A DNA stretch of 64,000 nucleotides from Gemmatimonadales bacterium. Its GTDB lineage: Bacteria > Gemmatimonadota > Gemmatimonadetes > Gemmatimonadales > GWC2-71-9. The stretch lies in contig JBBCJC010000005.1 of NCBI GenBank assembly GCA_037189525.1, positions 160,001 through 224,000 of the forward strand, in the 5' to 3' direction. This document shows positions 38,728-49,808 of this stretch, piece after piece. The notes beneath the pieces were generated by a model. The model was given only the letters and a program-made list of their open reading frames with translations, was not told where the DNA came from and did not search any database. The position numbers and the translations under genes are program-made. Numbering within the stretch: the first letter of the stretch is position 1; the number at the start of each line of letters is the position of its first letter.

Positions 38728-39243
38728 TCAGCCCGCCTTCACCTCGTGCGCGGTCGCGAGCGACGGAATGCCTACCGCTCCCGTCGACATCGCGTCTCCC
38801 GTGAGGATTCGCCGGAGATACCCCACCTGCCCCAGATGAAAGGCGCAGTGGGACACGAGATGCACCACAAAATCGCCAGTGACGACGCGATACCGGCCGG
38901 CCACCACCTCGGGATACGCCGCCTCGAGATCGATGGGGCGTGCACCACCGAGCGCCGCCTGAACTGCACGACCGGCGTCGTCGAGAGTCGCCAGGAGTTC
39001 GGCGCGCGGCACGTCCCGCGCTGCGAACTCCCGATCGCGGTCACGGACGTAGCCGCTCCCGCCCAGCACCGCGCCGACGAAGTGAGAGAGGTTGCCGGCG
39101 ATGTGCAGCGTGAGTGTCCCGGCCGAGTTGGTGACGCCAGGGAGCGTCGCCCAGATGCTGGCTTCGTCTGGGAAAGCCAGGATCTCCTTCCGCCAGGTGT
39201 CCAGGTCCCGTGCGAAGATTGCGGCAATCCATCGGGTCTCCAT
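38728..39243 (-). CDS. DinB/DUF1572 family protein
   Basis: GGAGG RBS, NSAGTLTLHIAGNL, RDRDREF, HCAFHLGQ. Confidence 0.88.
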   Translation of the reverse strand: METRWIAAIFARDLDTWRKEILAFPDEASIWATLPGVTNSAGTLTLHIAGNLSHFVGAVLGGSGYVRDRDREFAARDVPRAELLATLDDAGRAVQAALGGARPIDLEAAYPEVVAGRYRVVTGDFVVHLVSHCAFHLGQVGYLRRILTGDAMSTGAVGIPSLATAHEVKAG

Positions 39244-39372
39244 ACGTCCCTCCTCCGGTAGTGCCCGTACGATACCATCCGGGTACAATATCAGAAACTC
39301 TTGGCAGGCCCGCAAAACGAGACCACCTTACATATCCTCACGTACCATGGTCCGCACCGGCAGGAGGTCGCT

Positions 39373-39780
39373 ATGGCATGGTCTCGCAGCTCGGACCGAT
39401 ATCCGGGATACCTGGCGCTTGCTGCCGTATTGCTGACCTTCGGCGCAGGGTGCGGCGTGCTTCCCACCGGAGATTGCACTTCGGAAGGCAGGCCGGGTAT
39501 CAGAGTCGCCATCCTGGACAATGCGACCAGGAAGCCCCCCACGGTGGGATCGCACATCCGGGTTTCCGATGGAAGCCGCGTCGAAACGTACCCGCTCCCG
39601 GACCAGCCGCTGATTTCTCACCCTTATTACCAATTCATGTTCGAACGTGCAGGGCACTATTCTGTGACGATCCGTACCGACGGCTACCAGGACTGGTCCA
39701 AGTCGGGAATCCACGTCAAGACCGGAGGATGCAATCACGTGAAGACGGTCGACGTCATCGCCTTTCTCTCCCCACGCTGA
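39373..39780 (+). CDS. Hypothetical lipoprotein
   Basis: AGGAGG RBS, lipobox GAGC, ERAGHYSVTIRTDGYQDW. Confidence 0.75.
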   Translation: MAWSRSSDRYPGYLALAAVLLTFGAGCGVLPTGDCTSEGRPGIRVAILDNATRKPPTVGSHIRVSDGSRVETYPLPDQPLISHPYYQFMFERAGHYSVTIRTDGYQDWSKSGIHVKTGGCNHVKTVDVIAFLSPR

Positions 39781-39822
39781 TAAGGGCCCTCTTGAAAGCC
39801 TGCGACGAGGCTGTCGACGCCT

Positions 39823-40482
39823 CTACGCGATGGCGACGAGCGTACTCCGATCGACCGAATGACCACCGGTGAACGAGCGCACCGTTGCCGCGAGTCCGAC
39901 GCCGGTGAGGCGGGAGTGCTCGTTGCGTAAGGCGTCCTGAGAGACGTATCGGTCGGTGGTACCGGCAATCAGCATCATCAATCCGCCACGCAGCCCCATC
40001 CGCAATCGCTCGAGGTCGAGATCCGGCGGCACCAGCCCACCCCACAGCACCAGGCGATCGGCGGGATGCCGACCTAGCGCTGCCCACCGACTGGCGGTGG
40101 CCGCTCCCTGCGAAAATCCATGGACCTCCAACCGAGCCCGCGGGGGAATGGTGCCGAGCACCTGATCGGCCAGCTGATCCAGATAGCGGAGATAGTCGCC
40201 GATTTCCGCCTCACGGTCTTCCTTGGTCATCCACGACGCGCCGACCCGCCGGGCCGTGGTCTCGTCGTAGTACGACCGCGACAACGCCTCCGGAGCGATG
40301 ATGGCTCGCCTGGGCGCGGCCGCCGGCTCGAACCAGCGCAGAAAGGTCGCGGCAAGCTGGCTATAGCCGTGCAGCACCACCCAAACTTCATCGGCACCCT
40401 GCGGATCGCCCAGCGTGTAGTACCGGGCGCTCCTGGTCACCATGATCCGGTGGGCCTGATAGCTCGACCGGCGCTCGCTCAT
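39823..40482 (-). CDS. Phospholipase/carboxylesterase family alpha/beta hydrolase
   Basis: LHGYSQ, GFSQG, GTTD, GGH. Confidence 0.88.
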   Translation of the reverse strand: MSERRSSYQAHRIMVTRSARYYTLGDPQGADEVWVVLHGYSQLAATFLRWFEPAAAPRRAIIAPEALSRSYYDETTARRVGASWMTKEDREAEIGDYLRYLDQLADQVLGTIPPRARLEVHGFSQGAATASRWAALGRHPADRLVLWGGLVPPDLDLERLRMGLRGGLMMLIAGTTDRYVSQDALRNEHSRLTGVGLAATVRSFTGGHSVDRSTLVAIA

Positions 40483-42029
40483 CGCTGATATGTTCCCCAG
40501 ACCCGTCGCAGGACATCGCTGATCTCACCCAGGGTGGCCCGGACACGAACCGCATCGATGATCCGCGGCATCAGCGTCTCGGCTCCCGACGCAGCCTGAC
40601 CCAATGACTCGAGGGAATCGGACACAGCCAACGCATTCCGCTTGGCGCGCACCGAACCGACCGCTGCCTTCTGTTCGGCTTCGAGCGCCGGGAAATTGGG
40701 CGTCTCGATCACCGGCGGCGGCTCGTCACTGGTGAACCGGTTCACCCCGACCACCGTCACCCGGCCGTCGTCCTGCGCCTTCTGCAGCTCATACGCCGCC
40801 TCGGCGATCCGGTCCTGATAGAATCCGGATTCGACCGCCGCTACCGCGCCGCCCATGGCATCGACCTCATCGATCAGCGCCAACGCCGCCGCTTCGATCC
40901 GATCCGTCAGGCTCTCGACGTAGTAGCTCCCCGCCAGCGGATCGACGGTCCGATCGAGGCCGGATTCGTACCCCACGATCTGCTGGGTCCGGAGCGCGAG
41001 CGTGGCCGCCTGCTGCGTAGGAAGCGCCAGCGCTTCGTCATAGCCGTTGGTGTGCAGCGATTGGGTGCCACCCAGGGTTGCCGCCAGCGCCTGCACCGTG
41101 ACGCGCACCACATTGTTGAGTGGTTGCTGCGCCTGCAGGGTGACCCCGCCGGTCTGAGTGTGGAACCGCAGCTTGGCCGTGGCATCATCGGCGCCCAGAC
41201 GTTCACGCGATACCCGGGCCCAGAGCCGCCGCGCCGCCCGGAACTTGGCCGCCTCTTCGAAGAGATCGTTGTGCGCCGCAAAGAAGAACGAGAGCCGAGG
41301 CCCGAACCGTTCGATCGGAATCCCGGCGGCAATGGCGCGCCGGCCGTATTCCAGCGCGTTGGCCAACGTGAAGCCGACCTCCTGCACCGCCGTCGCGCCC
41401 GCTTCGCGAATGTGATAGCCGCTGATCGAGATCGGATTGAAGTTCATCTTCTGATCGGCGACGAAACGGAAGATGTCAGTGATCAGCCGAAGCGACGGCT
41501 CCGCGGGATAGATGTACGTCCCGCGCGCGATGTATTCCTTGAGCACGTCGTTCTGAATGGTGCCCGACAACGCCTGCGGAGCCACACCCTGTTCTTCTCC
41601 CACGACGATGTACATCGCGAGCAGGATGGCCGCCGTCGCATTGATGGTCATCGAGGTCGAGACTTTGTCGAGCGGAATGCCGCGGAACAGCACCGCCAGG
41701 TCGTCGACCGTATCGATCGCGACACCGACCCGCCCCACCTCGCCCGTTGCCATCGGGTGATCGGAGTCGTAGCCCATCTGGGTCGGGAGATCGAACGCCG
41801 TCGACAACCCCGTCTGCCCCGCATCCAGCAGCAGCCGAAAGCGCGCATTGGTCTGCTCGGCCGTACCGAACCCCGCGTACTGCCGCATGGTCCAGAGGCG
41901 GCCGGTGTACATGGTGGGCTGGACGCCGCGCAGGTAGGGCCACTGACCCGGCACACCGACATCACCGGACCAGGCGTTCGGACCAACAACCGGATCGACG
42001 GGAAGCAGGCCGGGATGGTTATTGCCCAC
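40479..42029 (-). CDS. Methylmalonyl-CoA mutase-family large (substrate-binding) subunit
   Basis: [45 protein letters not shown]. No B12-binding domain. Confidence 0.92.
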   Translation of the reverse strand: MGNNHPGLLPVDPVVGPNAWSGDVGVPGQWPYLRGVQPTMYTGRLWTMRQYAGFGTAEQTNARFRLLLDAGQTGLSTAFDLPTQMGYDSDHPMATGEVGRVGVAIDTVDDLAVLFRGIPLDKVSTSMTINATAAILLAMYIVVGEEQGVAPQALSGTIQNDVLKEYIARGTYIYPAEPSLRLITDIFRFVADQKMNFNPISISGYHIREAGATAVQEVGFTLANALEYGRRAIAAGIPIERFGPRLSFFFAAHNDLFEEAAKFRAARRLWARVSRERLGADDATAKLRFHTQTGGVTLQAQQPLNNVVRVTVQALAATLGGTQSLHTNGYDEALALPTQQAATLALRTQQIVGYESGLDRTVDPLAGSYYVESLTDRIEAAALALIDEVDAMGGAVAAVESGFYQDRIAEAAYELQKAQDDGRVTVVGVNRFTSDEPPPVIETPNFPALEAEQKAAVGSVRAKRNALAVSDSLESLGQAASGAETLMPRIIDAVRVRATLGEISDVLRRVWGTYQR

Positions 42030-43068
42030 GCCCGGCCTCCGCTGCCTGCTGTTCCGCCGCCGTCTCCGCCAGAATATCGGAGACGAACTGGACGTCCTGC
42101 TTCGATCCGATCACCAGCGGGGTCCGCTGGTGCAGCGCCGCCGGCTCGAGATCGAGAATCCGGTCCAGCCCGTTGGTGGCCGCGCCGCCCGCCTGCTCCG
42201 CAATGAACGCCATCGGATTGGCTTCATAGGTGAGCCGCAGCTTGCCGTTGACGTTCTTGGTATCGGCGGGATAAAGGAACACGCCGCCTGCCAGCATGTT
42301 GCGATGGAAATCGGCGACCAGCGATCCGATGTAGCGGCTGTTCTTCCCCGCGATCCGCTCCGGCGTGTCGCCATGGAAGGCGCGCACGGCCCGCTGGATC
42401 CCACGGTTCCAGCGGCCAAAGTTGCGCTCATTGACGCTGTAGTACGCCCCGACTTCGGGAATCCGGATATTGGGGTGCGACAGCAGGAACTCGCCGATCG
42501 TCGGGTCGAGCGTAAAGCCATGCACGCCCTGGCCGGTGGTATACACCATCATCACACTCGAGCCATACATCACGTACCCTGCCGCAACCTGCTCGGTGCC
42601 GCGCTGCAGCACGTCGTCCATGGTGCCGTGCCCGTCGTTCGACTTGCGGCGATAGACGCTGAAGATGGTGCCGACCGCGCCGTTGACGTCGATGTTGGAC
42701 GATCCGTCGAGCGGGTCGTAGAGCACCGCGTACTTGCCCTGCGGCCATCCGTCGGGAATCGGAATCAGTTCTTCATCCTCTTCCGATCCCATCACACAGA
42801 CACGGCCGGTGTGGGCCATCACATTTTTGAACGTGTCGTTGGCGTAGACGTCGAGCTTCTTCTGCTCCTCGCCCTGCACGTTGGTGTTGCCGGCCGAGCC
42901 CAGGATGTCGACCAGGCCGGCCCGGCGGATGGCCCCCGCGACGATCTTGGCGCCCAGGGCAAAGTCGTACAGGAGATTCGAAAGTTCACCAGTCGCCTGC
43001 GGATAGCGGCGTTCCTGGTCGAGAATGAAGTGCTCGATCGTCACGATCGGTCCGGTATGGATCGCCAT
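42019..43068 (-). CDS. fbp: Class 1 fructose-1,6-bisphosphatase
   Basis: [42 protein letters not shown]. Confidence 0.96.
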   Translation of the reverse strand: MAIHTGPIVTIEHFILDQERRYPQATGELSNLLYDFALGAKIVAGAIRRAGLVDILGSAGNTNVQGEEQKKLDVYANDTFKNVMAHTGRVCVMGSEEDEELIPIPDGWPQGKYAVLYDPLDGSSNIDVNGAVGTIFSVYRRKSNDGHGTMDDVLQRGTEQVAAGYVMYGSSVMMVYTTGQGVHGFTLDPTIGEFLLSHPNIRIPEVGAYYSVNERNFGRWNRGIQRAVRAFHGDTPERIAGKNSRYIGSLVADFHRNMLAGGVFLYPADTKNVNGKLRLTYEANPMAFIAEQAGGAATNGLDRILDLEPAALHQRTPLVIGSKQDVQFVSDILAETAAEQQAAEAGRGQ

Positions 43069-43089
43069 GCGATGTCGTTCCTCGAAAAG

Positions 43090-45363
43090 TCACGGGTTGA
43101 TCGGATACGTCGCGCGCCCTCGGCGGCTGCGTATCACCATGAATGTGTCCTCGACCTGCACGGTGACCGTGCCGTCCTGGTCGGTGCGCCACGTCGCGGC
43201 GCCGGCCGCCGCCAGCCTGCCCAGCGCTTCGGGCGTCGGATGCCCGTAGCGATTGCGCGCCCCGACACTCACCACCGCCACCGTCGGCCTGAGCGCACCA
43301 AGCAGCACCTCGCCGCTCGCGGTCCGGGAACCGTGATGCCCGACCTTGAGCAGCTCCGTCGGACCGAACCGCGGGGCGAGCGCTGCCTCGACGGGAAATC
43401 CCGCGTCGCCGGGAAAGAGCGCCTGAAAACTGCCCGCCGTGATCCGGAGCACCGAGGAGTCTTCGTTGAGATCGAGCTCCCAATCGCTCCAGGTCGTATC
43501 CGGATGCAGGGCCTCGACCAGCACCCCGTCGATCGCCAGCCGCGCACCGGCGCGAAGCGGCGCCCAGCGGATCTCCCGGTCGGCAATGCCGTCCAGCAAT
43601 GCAAGGTAGCCTGGATCGGGAATCCGCACCGCCGGCTCGAAGATGCGGCCCACCGGCATCGCGTCGAGCACCGCCTCGAGCCCGCCGTAGTGATCCCGGT
43701 GACCGTGGGAGAGAAAGACGGCCTCGAGCCGCCTGACACCCTGTCGCCTGAGATACGGAATGATGACCCGACGACCCGCATCGAACTGCCGGTCGGAGGG
43801 CCCGGCATCGATCAGCATCCAGCGCCCGGCCGGGGTCTCGATCAGCGTGGCATCGCCTTGCCCGACGTCGAGAAAATGTAACGTCAGCCGAGACCCCGTG
43901 TGAGCTACGGGGAACCACGCCACCAGCGAATGCAGCGCGCCCCCGACAGCCCCGATCCAAAGCAGCCGGCGGGCCGCCTCGCGCGCCGTTTGGCGGTTGC
44001 CGAACACCACGACCGCCGTGACCACCCCTCCAGTTGCCACCAGGGCGGGCCAAAGGCCCGGCTCGAAGACCAGAGCCGCCCCCGGCGCGGCCCCTCCATG
44101 CACCGCAAGCAGCTCGAGAGCCGCCAGCAGCGTTCCGCCCCCCGCCGCAAAGGCCCCGGACACCACCGGCACGAGCGGCCCGACGATCAGGCTGAAAATC
44201 ACGGCAGGCACCGCAAACGCCGTCATCGGAATGGCCACCAGGTTGAGCAGCACGCCGGCCACCGGAACCGTCCCAAAGACCCACGCCGTCAGCGGCGCCG
44301 TCGCGAGAGTGGCGCCGATCGAACCTGCAATGACCCGCCACCACTGACTCTCGCCCAAGGCGCGATCGCTCCAGCGGCTGGCCGCCGTGGCGCCCCAGAG
44401 CGCCGTCACCGAGAGCCAGGCACCGAGATCGGTCACGGCCCACGGGTCGATCAGCAGCACCCCGAACGCCACCGTGGCAAACAGCGCCCCCGATGACGGA
44501 TTCCGCTGCCGCTGCCGTTCGATGGCCAGCACGATCGCCAGGAGCGCCGCCCGAACCGCCGGCGGCGCAGCGCCGACGAAGATGACGTAGCCGACCACCA
44601 CGATGGCCGCGCCAACAGCGGCATGTCTCCCGAGTCCGGCCGCTCGCAAGATGAGCAGCACCCAGCCCCAGACCAGGCCGACGTGAAAACCGCTGATGGA
44701 CAGGAGATGGACCAGACCGGAACGGCTGAACGCGTCGCCCAGGGTCGGATCGATGGTGCCGCGTGTGCCAAGCACCAGCGCCTGGATCACACCGGCCCGA
44801 GCGCCGTAGAGCGTCCCGGCACTCCGCAGCAAACGGTTGCGGAGTCGTGACTCGAGGCCCGCGCTCGCCGCCGAGTCGAGTACCGTGACCGTGCGTACGG
44901 CCAGGACACCGCCGCCTGCGCGCCAGGGTCCGGTGCGCGGCCGCCAGCTGCCCTCGAGCACGACCCGCGTCCCGGCCCAGAGCGTATCGGGACGGCGATG
45001 GCGGACCATCACAGTTCCTGCGCATCCGGCGCCCTGGGGTTCGACCGCGCCCATCTGCCCCGACGGGATCGGTTCCCGCACCAGCACTTCGAGCCGATAG
45101 GACGCCTCGGCCATCCGTTCTGCACAGCGAGCCCCGTCCAGACGCCGCGCCAGGAGGCCGTGCCCCGCTCCGACCGCGACCACCAGGCCGATCACCGCCT
45201 CCGCCGGCCGACGCAGCCCAAACCGCGCAATCAACGCGGCAAGGGCGCCGAGCAAACAGACCGCCATGCCGACCAGAGGCTGCCGGAACAGCCCGGCCGC
45301 CACTCCGGCAGCAAAGGCCGCCAGCCCGATCAGTACCGGTGACGGCAAACGAATGGGGAGCAC
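43090..45363 (-). CDS. comEC: ComEC/Rec2 DNA internalization protein
   Basis: HLLSISGFHV, DVGQGD, SHGHRDHYGG, KVGHHGS, NRYGHP. Confidence 0.93.
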   Translation of the reverse strand: MLPIRLPSPVLIGLAAFAAGVAAGLFRQPLVGMAVCLLGALAALIARFGLRRPAEAVIGLVVAVGAGHGLLARRLDGARCAERMAEASYRLEVLVREPIPSGQMGAVEPQGAGCAGTVMVRHRRPDTLWAGTRVVLEGSWRPRTGPWRAGGGVLAVRTVTVLDSAASAGLESRLRNRLLRSAGTLYGARAGVIQALVLGTRGTIDPTLGDAFSRSGLVHLLSISGFHVGLVWGWVLLILRAAGLGRHAAVGAAIVVVGYVIFVGAAPPAVRAALLAIVLAIERQRQRNPSSGALFATVAFGVLLIDPWAVTDLGAWLSVTALWGATAASRWSDRALGESQWWRVIAGSIGATLATAPLTAWVFGTVPVAGVLLNLVAIPMTAFAVPAVIFSLIVGPLVPVVSGAFAAGGGTLLAALELLAVHGGAAPGAALVFEPGLWPALVATGGVVTAVVVFGNRQTAREAARRLLWIGAVGGALHSLVAWFPVAHTGSRLTLHFLDVGQGDATLIETPAGRWMLIDAGPSDRQFDAGRRVIIPYLRRQGVRRLEAVFLSHGHRDHYGGLEAVLDAMPVGRIFEPAVRIPDPGYLALLDGIADREIRWAPLRAGARLAIDGVLVEALHPDTTWSDWELDLNEDSSVLRITAGSFQALFPGDAGFPVEAALAPRFGPTELLKVGHHGSRTASGEVLLGALRPTVAVVSVGARNRYGHPTPEALGRLAAAGAATWRTDQDGTVTVQVEDTFMVIRSRRGRATYPINP

Positions 45364-45435
45364 GGTTCAGAGTACCGTGCTCCCCCTGGTCACCGAGTAC
45401 CATTCCGGCACTCAGCGCATCAAATCACCGCGAAA

Positions 45436-45717
45436 TCAGGCGAAGGTGCCGCTCCCGCATCGCGGTGACATCGTGACCCGCCGGAAGCCGTCCATCACGG
45501 CGACGTCGATCGAGGCCCGGCCCTGCTGCTTGTCCAGGCTGACCTCGGTGACCACGGCCCCTTCGAGCGTGGCCACATAGCGCGGCGGCAATCGGTTGAG
45601 TGCAAACACGATCACGTCGGCACGGCACATCTCACACCCGCAGAACTCGGGAAAATGCGGCCGCAGGCTGTCGTACGCCTCGACTACATGATCCTCGACC
45701 GCATTCTTGAGTTTCAT
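45436..45717 (-). CDS. ComFB family protein
   Basis: LKNAVE, CGCEMCRADV..ALNRLPPRYV, SPR. Confidence 0.88.
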   Translation of the reverse strand: MKLKNAVEDHVVEAYDSLRPHFPEFCGCEMCRADVIVFALNRLPPRYVATLEGAVVTEVSLDKQQGRASIDVAVMDGFRRVTMSPRCGSGTFA

Positions 45718-47027
45718 CACAAGACCGCCAGAGAATGCCCAGCTACCGTGGTTCCCGTATAGGTCGAACCCGTCGTTCCCGTCAGGCGCACCGTCCGATA
45801 CTCACCAACCGACTCGGGTCCCAGATCGAGCAGAACCATCAGGTTGGTTCGGGTCCGCGCCAGCATGCCGCCGCGCTTGGCCGGCTGCTCCACCAGGACT
45901 TCATGGACCGTACCGACCCGCTCGAGGTTTTTCCGGCGCGACTGCGTCCGCACCACGTTGATCAACCGATCGAGGCGCTCGGCCGAGACATCGTCGGGCA
46001 CGTGATCCTTCAGCCGGGTGGCCGGCGTGCCATCCCTCGGCGAATACCGGAAGGTGTACGCGTCGTCGAACCCCGCCTCGCCGATCAGGCTGACCGTCTC
46101 GGCAAACTGCTCCTCGGTTTCGCCCGGGAAGCCGACGATGATATCCGTCGAAAAGGTCATGCCAGGAATGGCGTCGCGCAGCTGCTGCACCACCTCGAGG
46201 TACCGTTCCCGGGTGTAGCGCCGCAGCATCCGGCGCAGAACCGCATTGGACCCGCTCTGCACCGGCAGATGCACGTGTTCGCATACGGCGGGCGTTTCGG
46301 CCATCGCCGCGATCACGGCCGGGGTGAAGTCTGTCGGATACGGACTGGTGAAGCGAAGCCGCCGCACGCCATCAACCGCTCCGACGGCGCGGAGCAAGGC
46401 CGCAAAGTCCGACTCCCCATCATGATAGGAATTGACGGTCTGACCGAGCAACGTCACTTCCGACACGCCGGAGACGACCAGCGTTTCGACCTCGCGCACC
46501 ACGTCGGCCAGCCGGCGACTCCGCTCCGGACCGCGCGTGGTGGGCACGATACAAAAGGTGCACTTGTAATCGCAGCCGCGCTGCACCGTAACGAACGCCT
46601 TGGGTCCGGCATCCCGGGCGGCAGGCACGTCTTCGTAATGTTCCCAGGAGCGGAATGTGGTATCGGCGCCACGGACTCCCGACTCGGCATCGTGAATCAG
46701 CGTGGGCAAGTTGCGATAGGCATCCGGGCCGACCACGAGGTCGAGCTTGGGAACCCGATCGAGCAGATCGGTCCCCAGACGCTGGGCCATGCACCCGACG
46801 ACCCCGAGCACCGACCCTGCCCGCTTGTACCGCTGCAATTCGCCGACTCGGCCGACCACCCGCTGCTCGGCATGATCGCGCACCGCGCAGGTATTGACCA
46901 GCATGATGTCCGCAGCTGCCGGATCGTCGACCCGGTCGTACCCGTGCTCACCGAGCACACCGAACATCAGCTCGGTGTCGGCGGCGTTCATCTGGCAGCC
47001 GTAGGTTTCGATATAGACCCGCTTCAT
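45717..47027 (-). CDS. miaB: tRNA-i6A37 methylthiotransferase
   Basis: TYGCQMN, NTCAVR, radical SAM CDYKCTFC, C-terminal TRAM domain. Confidence 0.95.
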   Translation of the reverse strand: MKRVYIETYGCQMNAADTELMFGVLGEHGYDRVDDPAAADIMLVNTCAVRDHAEQRVVGRVGELQRYKRAGSVLGVVGCMAQRLGTDLLDRVPKLDLVVGPDAYRNLPTLIHDAESGVRGADTTFRSWEHYEDVPAARDAGPKAFVTVQRGCDYKCTFCIVPTTRGPERSRRLADVVREVETLVVSGVSEVTLLGQTVNSYHDGESDFAALLRAVGAVDGVRRLRFTSPYPTDFTPAVIAAMAETPAVCEHVHLPVQSGSNAVLRRMLRRYTRERYLEVVQQLRDAIPGMTFSTDIIVGFPGETEEQFAETVSLIGEAGFDDAYTFRYSPRDGTPATRLKDHVPDDVSAERLDRLINVVRTQSRRKNLERVGTVHEVLVEQPAKRGGMLARTRTNLMVLLDLGPESVGEYRTVRLTGTTGSTYTGTTVAGHSLAVL

Positions 47028-47039
47028 GACGTCAGGTCC

Positions 47040-48182
47040 TCACGGCCGGATCGAGACACCCAGCGTCACCACCGTGGCCCGCTCGGTGTAGCTCGCCCCG
47101 TCGGAGCGCCACAGCTGCTGGACCGCCAGATCGATCCCGCCCCGTCCCTGCGTGAACCGGAACCCGGTGCCCAGCGAGATCCCGTACTCGTGGGGCTGCC
47201 GCCCGGTCAGGATCGGAAACGGCAAGGTGGCGTAGTGGCCGCCCAGCCGGATCGGACGATGCTGCGGATTCCGGGTTTCCTGGAGCCATTCGATGCCGGT
47301 CGACACCTCGTAGGTGTTCTCCGCGCCGATGCCGCCCTGCGCCAGGATATCGGCCCGGGAGGCGCTCCACTGCTTCTGCTGATACGCCGCAGCCCAGGTA
47401 AACCGCATCGTGGGTTGCCAGCGTCCCGAGACGGCCCACGCCGTCGGCAGGTCGATCCGGGTGATCGGCAAGCTATCGCGATCGACCTTGAGGTGACCGT
47501 CGTTCCGGTACGTCCCGGCCAACGAAATGCTGCGATGCAGCCGGACCGTCGCGCCGACCGAGGCGCCGAGGCCGAGATAGGAGAGATCGGTCCGCTCGTT
47601 GGCTCCGGCATAAGCCGAATCGGAAAACGCTTTCCGGTTTTCGACGCGATTGAGACCGGTGATCGCGTGCAGACCAAGCCCCACCTGCAACCAGGGGGCG
47701 ACCTGCCAGCCGCTGGCAAGGCGAAGATCCGAGAGTCCCCCGCGGGAGCTCAGCGTGTCGTAGACCTGAACCTGCTGGCCGCGTAGCTCCACTTCCGTCA
47801 CCGTACCGAGCGTATAGCTGCGATCGGTGTACCCGGACAGGCTCACCGACACGCCGAACGGTGTGCCGCCCACCGGACCGGCGGCCACGATCTGCGGAAA
47901 CCGATTGTCCCGCCCCGACTGCGAGCCGAACGGATTGGTGGAGTTCCGGAAGTTCTGCGAAGTGCTGAACAGCGAGGTGAACTGGAAGATCGACGCCACC
48001 GCCGCCGGGTTGGCGCTCGACTCCGGATCGAACAGAGCAATCGCCCCGCCGGCCGACAGAGAGCGCGGCGAGTAGGGCCGCAACGGAATGCCCAACCCGC
48101 GCACACCAAACTGCGACGACTGCGCCTCGAGTACCGGCGCCACCAACCCGGTCAGGGCCGCGAGCAACAACAAACGGCGCAT
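47040..48182 (-). CDS. Outer-membrane beta-barrel protein (FadL/PorV-like N-terminus)
   Basis: Signal peptide, SQFGVRGLG..RSLSAGG..NPAA, amphipathic strands. Confidence 0.7.
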   Translation of the reverse strand: MRRLLLLAALTGLVAPVLEAQSSQFGVRGLGIPLRPYSPRSLSAGGAIALFDPESSANPAAVASIFQFTSLFSTSQNFRNSTNPFGSQSGRDNRFPQIVAAGPVGGTPFGVSVSLSGYTDRSYTLGTVTEVELRGQQVQVYDTLSSRGGLSDLRLASGWQVAPWLQVGLGLHAITGLNRVENRKAFSDSAYAGANERTDLSYLGLGASVGATVRLHRSISLAGTYRNDGHLKVDRDSLPITRIDLPTAWAVSGRWQPTMRFTWAAAYQQKQWSASRADILAQGGIGAENTYEVSTGIEWLQETRNPQHRPIRLGGHYATLPFPILTGRQPHEYGISLGTGFRFTQGRGGIDLAVQQLWRSDGASYTERATVVTLGVSIRP

Positions 48183-48183
48183 G

Positions 48184-49425
48184 CTACGGTCTCCCCGGAT
48201 TGGTGGGCAAGCCATACGTGATCCGCAGCCGAGGCCCACCGGTAGGTGAGCGCGTCGAGAAGAACACCGGCTGCATGAAGCCGCCACCATAGACTTCTTC
48301 GAGATGGGTGATGAAGAGCGCCGGGGGCGGTCCGCCGGGCTGCTGCCACTCTTTGGCCAGGACGGTGATCTCGATCGAGACCGGCGTCGTGGTCCCTTCG
48401 TGCATCCGCCCGGCCCACACCAGACTGCCCTGATTCAAAGTGGGCGATTTGGCGCCGAGATCGGCAATGACGCCACGCACCGAGACGCTGTCGCCGAACA
48501 GATTGTTCGGCAGTCCGGAGAACGGCAGGGCCGGTGTCAGTTCCAGCGTGGCGCGGACGATTTCCGCCGAGTCTCGAATGCCCGGGGGAATGGCAAACCG
48601 AATCAGGCCGCGCCCCGTGGCCGGACCGCCAAGGTACAGCAGATCCGGATCGGCATCGATCGAACGATCGAGTGTCCCGACGTATCCGAAGGTCGCGATG
48701 TCGGCAGGTCGTACCAGGGCCGACTGGCGCAGCTTGCTGGTATCCGCCACCTCGACCCGCCCGCGAAACTCGAAGGTGGGCGCATTGGTCGATCCGAGGT
48801 TGTCGACACCGAGCCGCACACCGGTGGGCTTACTGGCGCGGACCCGAATCCCGAAGGCAACCCGGCCGCTGTCGGCGGCGGAGGTGCGCACCTTGTCGAT
48901 GTCGTCGCCCGTCAGGTACGCACCAATCCGGCCGGACTTGAGCGTATCCGGCACCACGATGCTGTCGACGATCGGCGTGTTGGCCAAAAGCGTCTGGAGA
49001 CTGTCGAAGCTGATGGTGGTGTCGGCAGCCCCGAGCGGGAAACGATGCAGGTAGAGCGTCAGCCCGGTCGCGGTGGTGTCTCGCGACTGGAGCTGGAAGG
49101 TCACGGCGGCCGAGTCGACCTCGAGCTTCGTCATGATGTTGTCGACCGCGATCGAGTCTTCCCGGACGATCGGGAAACTGATGAAGGCGCGGTACTCGCC
49201 CACATCCAACCCGTCCGATACCAGCAATCCGAGCCGATCGGAGCGATCGGCATAGCCAAAGAACGTCGAATCGCCGCCGACGATCGGCAGAATCGTGGTG
49301 TCCCGAATGATGATCGGATCACCCGGGCAGAGATCAGGACAGGTCCCGGGGGTCGTGATCCGATCCTGACAGCCGGCGAGTGCCAGCGCCAGAAGACCCA
49401 CGGCCGCAATGATGCCCCGCTTCAC
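48184..49425 (-). CDS. Hypothetical lipoprotein
   Basis: Lipobox LAGC, beta-rich sequence, C-terminal PRLRITY. Confidence 0.8.
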   Translation of the reverse strand: MKRGIIAAVGLLALALAGCQDRITTPGTCPDLCPGDPIIIRDTTILPIVGGDSTFFGYADRSDRLGLLVSDGLDVGEYRAFISFPIVREDSIAVDNIMTKLEVDSAAVTFQLQSRDTTATGLTLYLHRFPLGAADTTISFDSLQTLLANTPIVDSIVVPDTLKSGRIGAYLTGDDIDKVRTSAADSGRVAFGIRVRASKPTGVRLGVDNLGSTNAPTFEFRGRVEVADTSKLRQSALVRPADIATFGYVGTLDRSIDADPDLLYLGGPATGRGLIRFAIPPGIRDSAEIVRATLELTPALPFSGLPNNLFGDSVSVRGVIADLGAKSPTLNQGSLVWAGRMHEGTTTPVSIEITVLAKEWQQPGGPPPALFITHLEEVYGGGFMQPVFFSTRSPTGGPRLRITYGLPTNPGRP

Positions 49426-49808
49426 GACAACGACTCCGGCCCGAACGCATCGGGCAGTAGATCACGCATGTGCCACTGCTTCCTCGCTGAGGGACCAACG
49501 GCCTCCACCTGGAGGTCGGCCCCGAATTCCCAAAGGACCTGCCGGCACGCTCCGCAGGGAGCGGCGGGCGGATCCACATCCGTCACGACGACGATGCGCA
49601 CGAACCGACGCGCCCCGGCCGCCACCGCCTGCACCGCCGCGGATCGCTCGGCGCAGATGGTGAGCCCGTACGAGGCATTCTCGACGTTGCATCCGGCAAA
49701 GATGCGACCGTCGTCGGTTTCGATTGCCGCGCCAACTTTGAAGCGCGAGTACGGCGCGTAGGCCGCTTCTCGCGCGGCCCGCGCCGCGTCGACCAGCCGA
49801 TCAGCCAC
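49422..49808 (-). CDS. cdd: Cytidine deaminase
   Basis: AYAPYSRFKVGAA, NVENASYGLTICAER, PCGACRQ. GTG start. Confidence 0.95.
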   Translation of the reverse strand: MADRLVDAARAAREAAYAPYSRFKVGAAIETDDGRIFAGCNVENASYGLTICAERSAAVQAVAAGARRFVRIVVVTDVDPPAAPCGACRQVLWEFGADLQVEAVGPSARKQWHMRDLLPDAFGPESLS

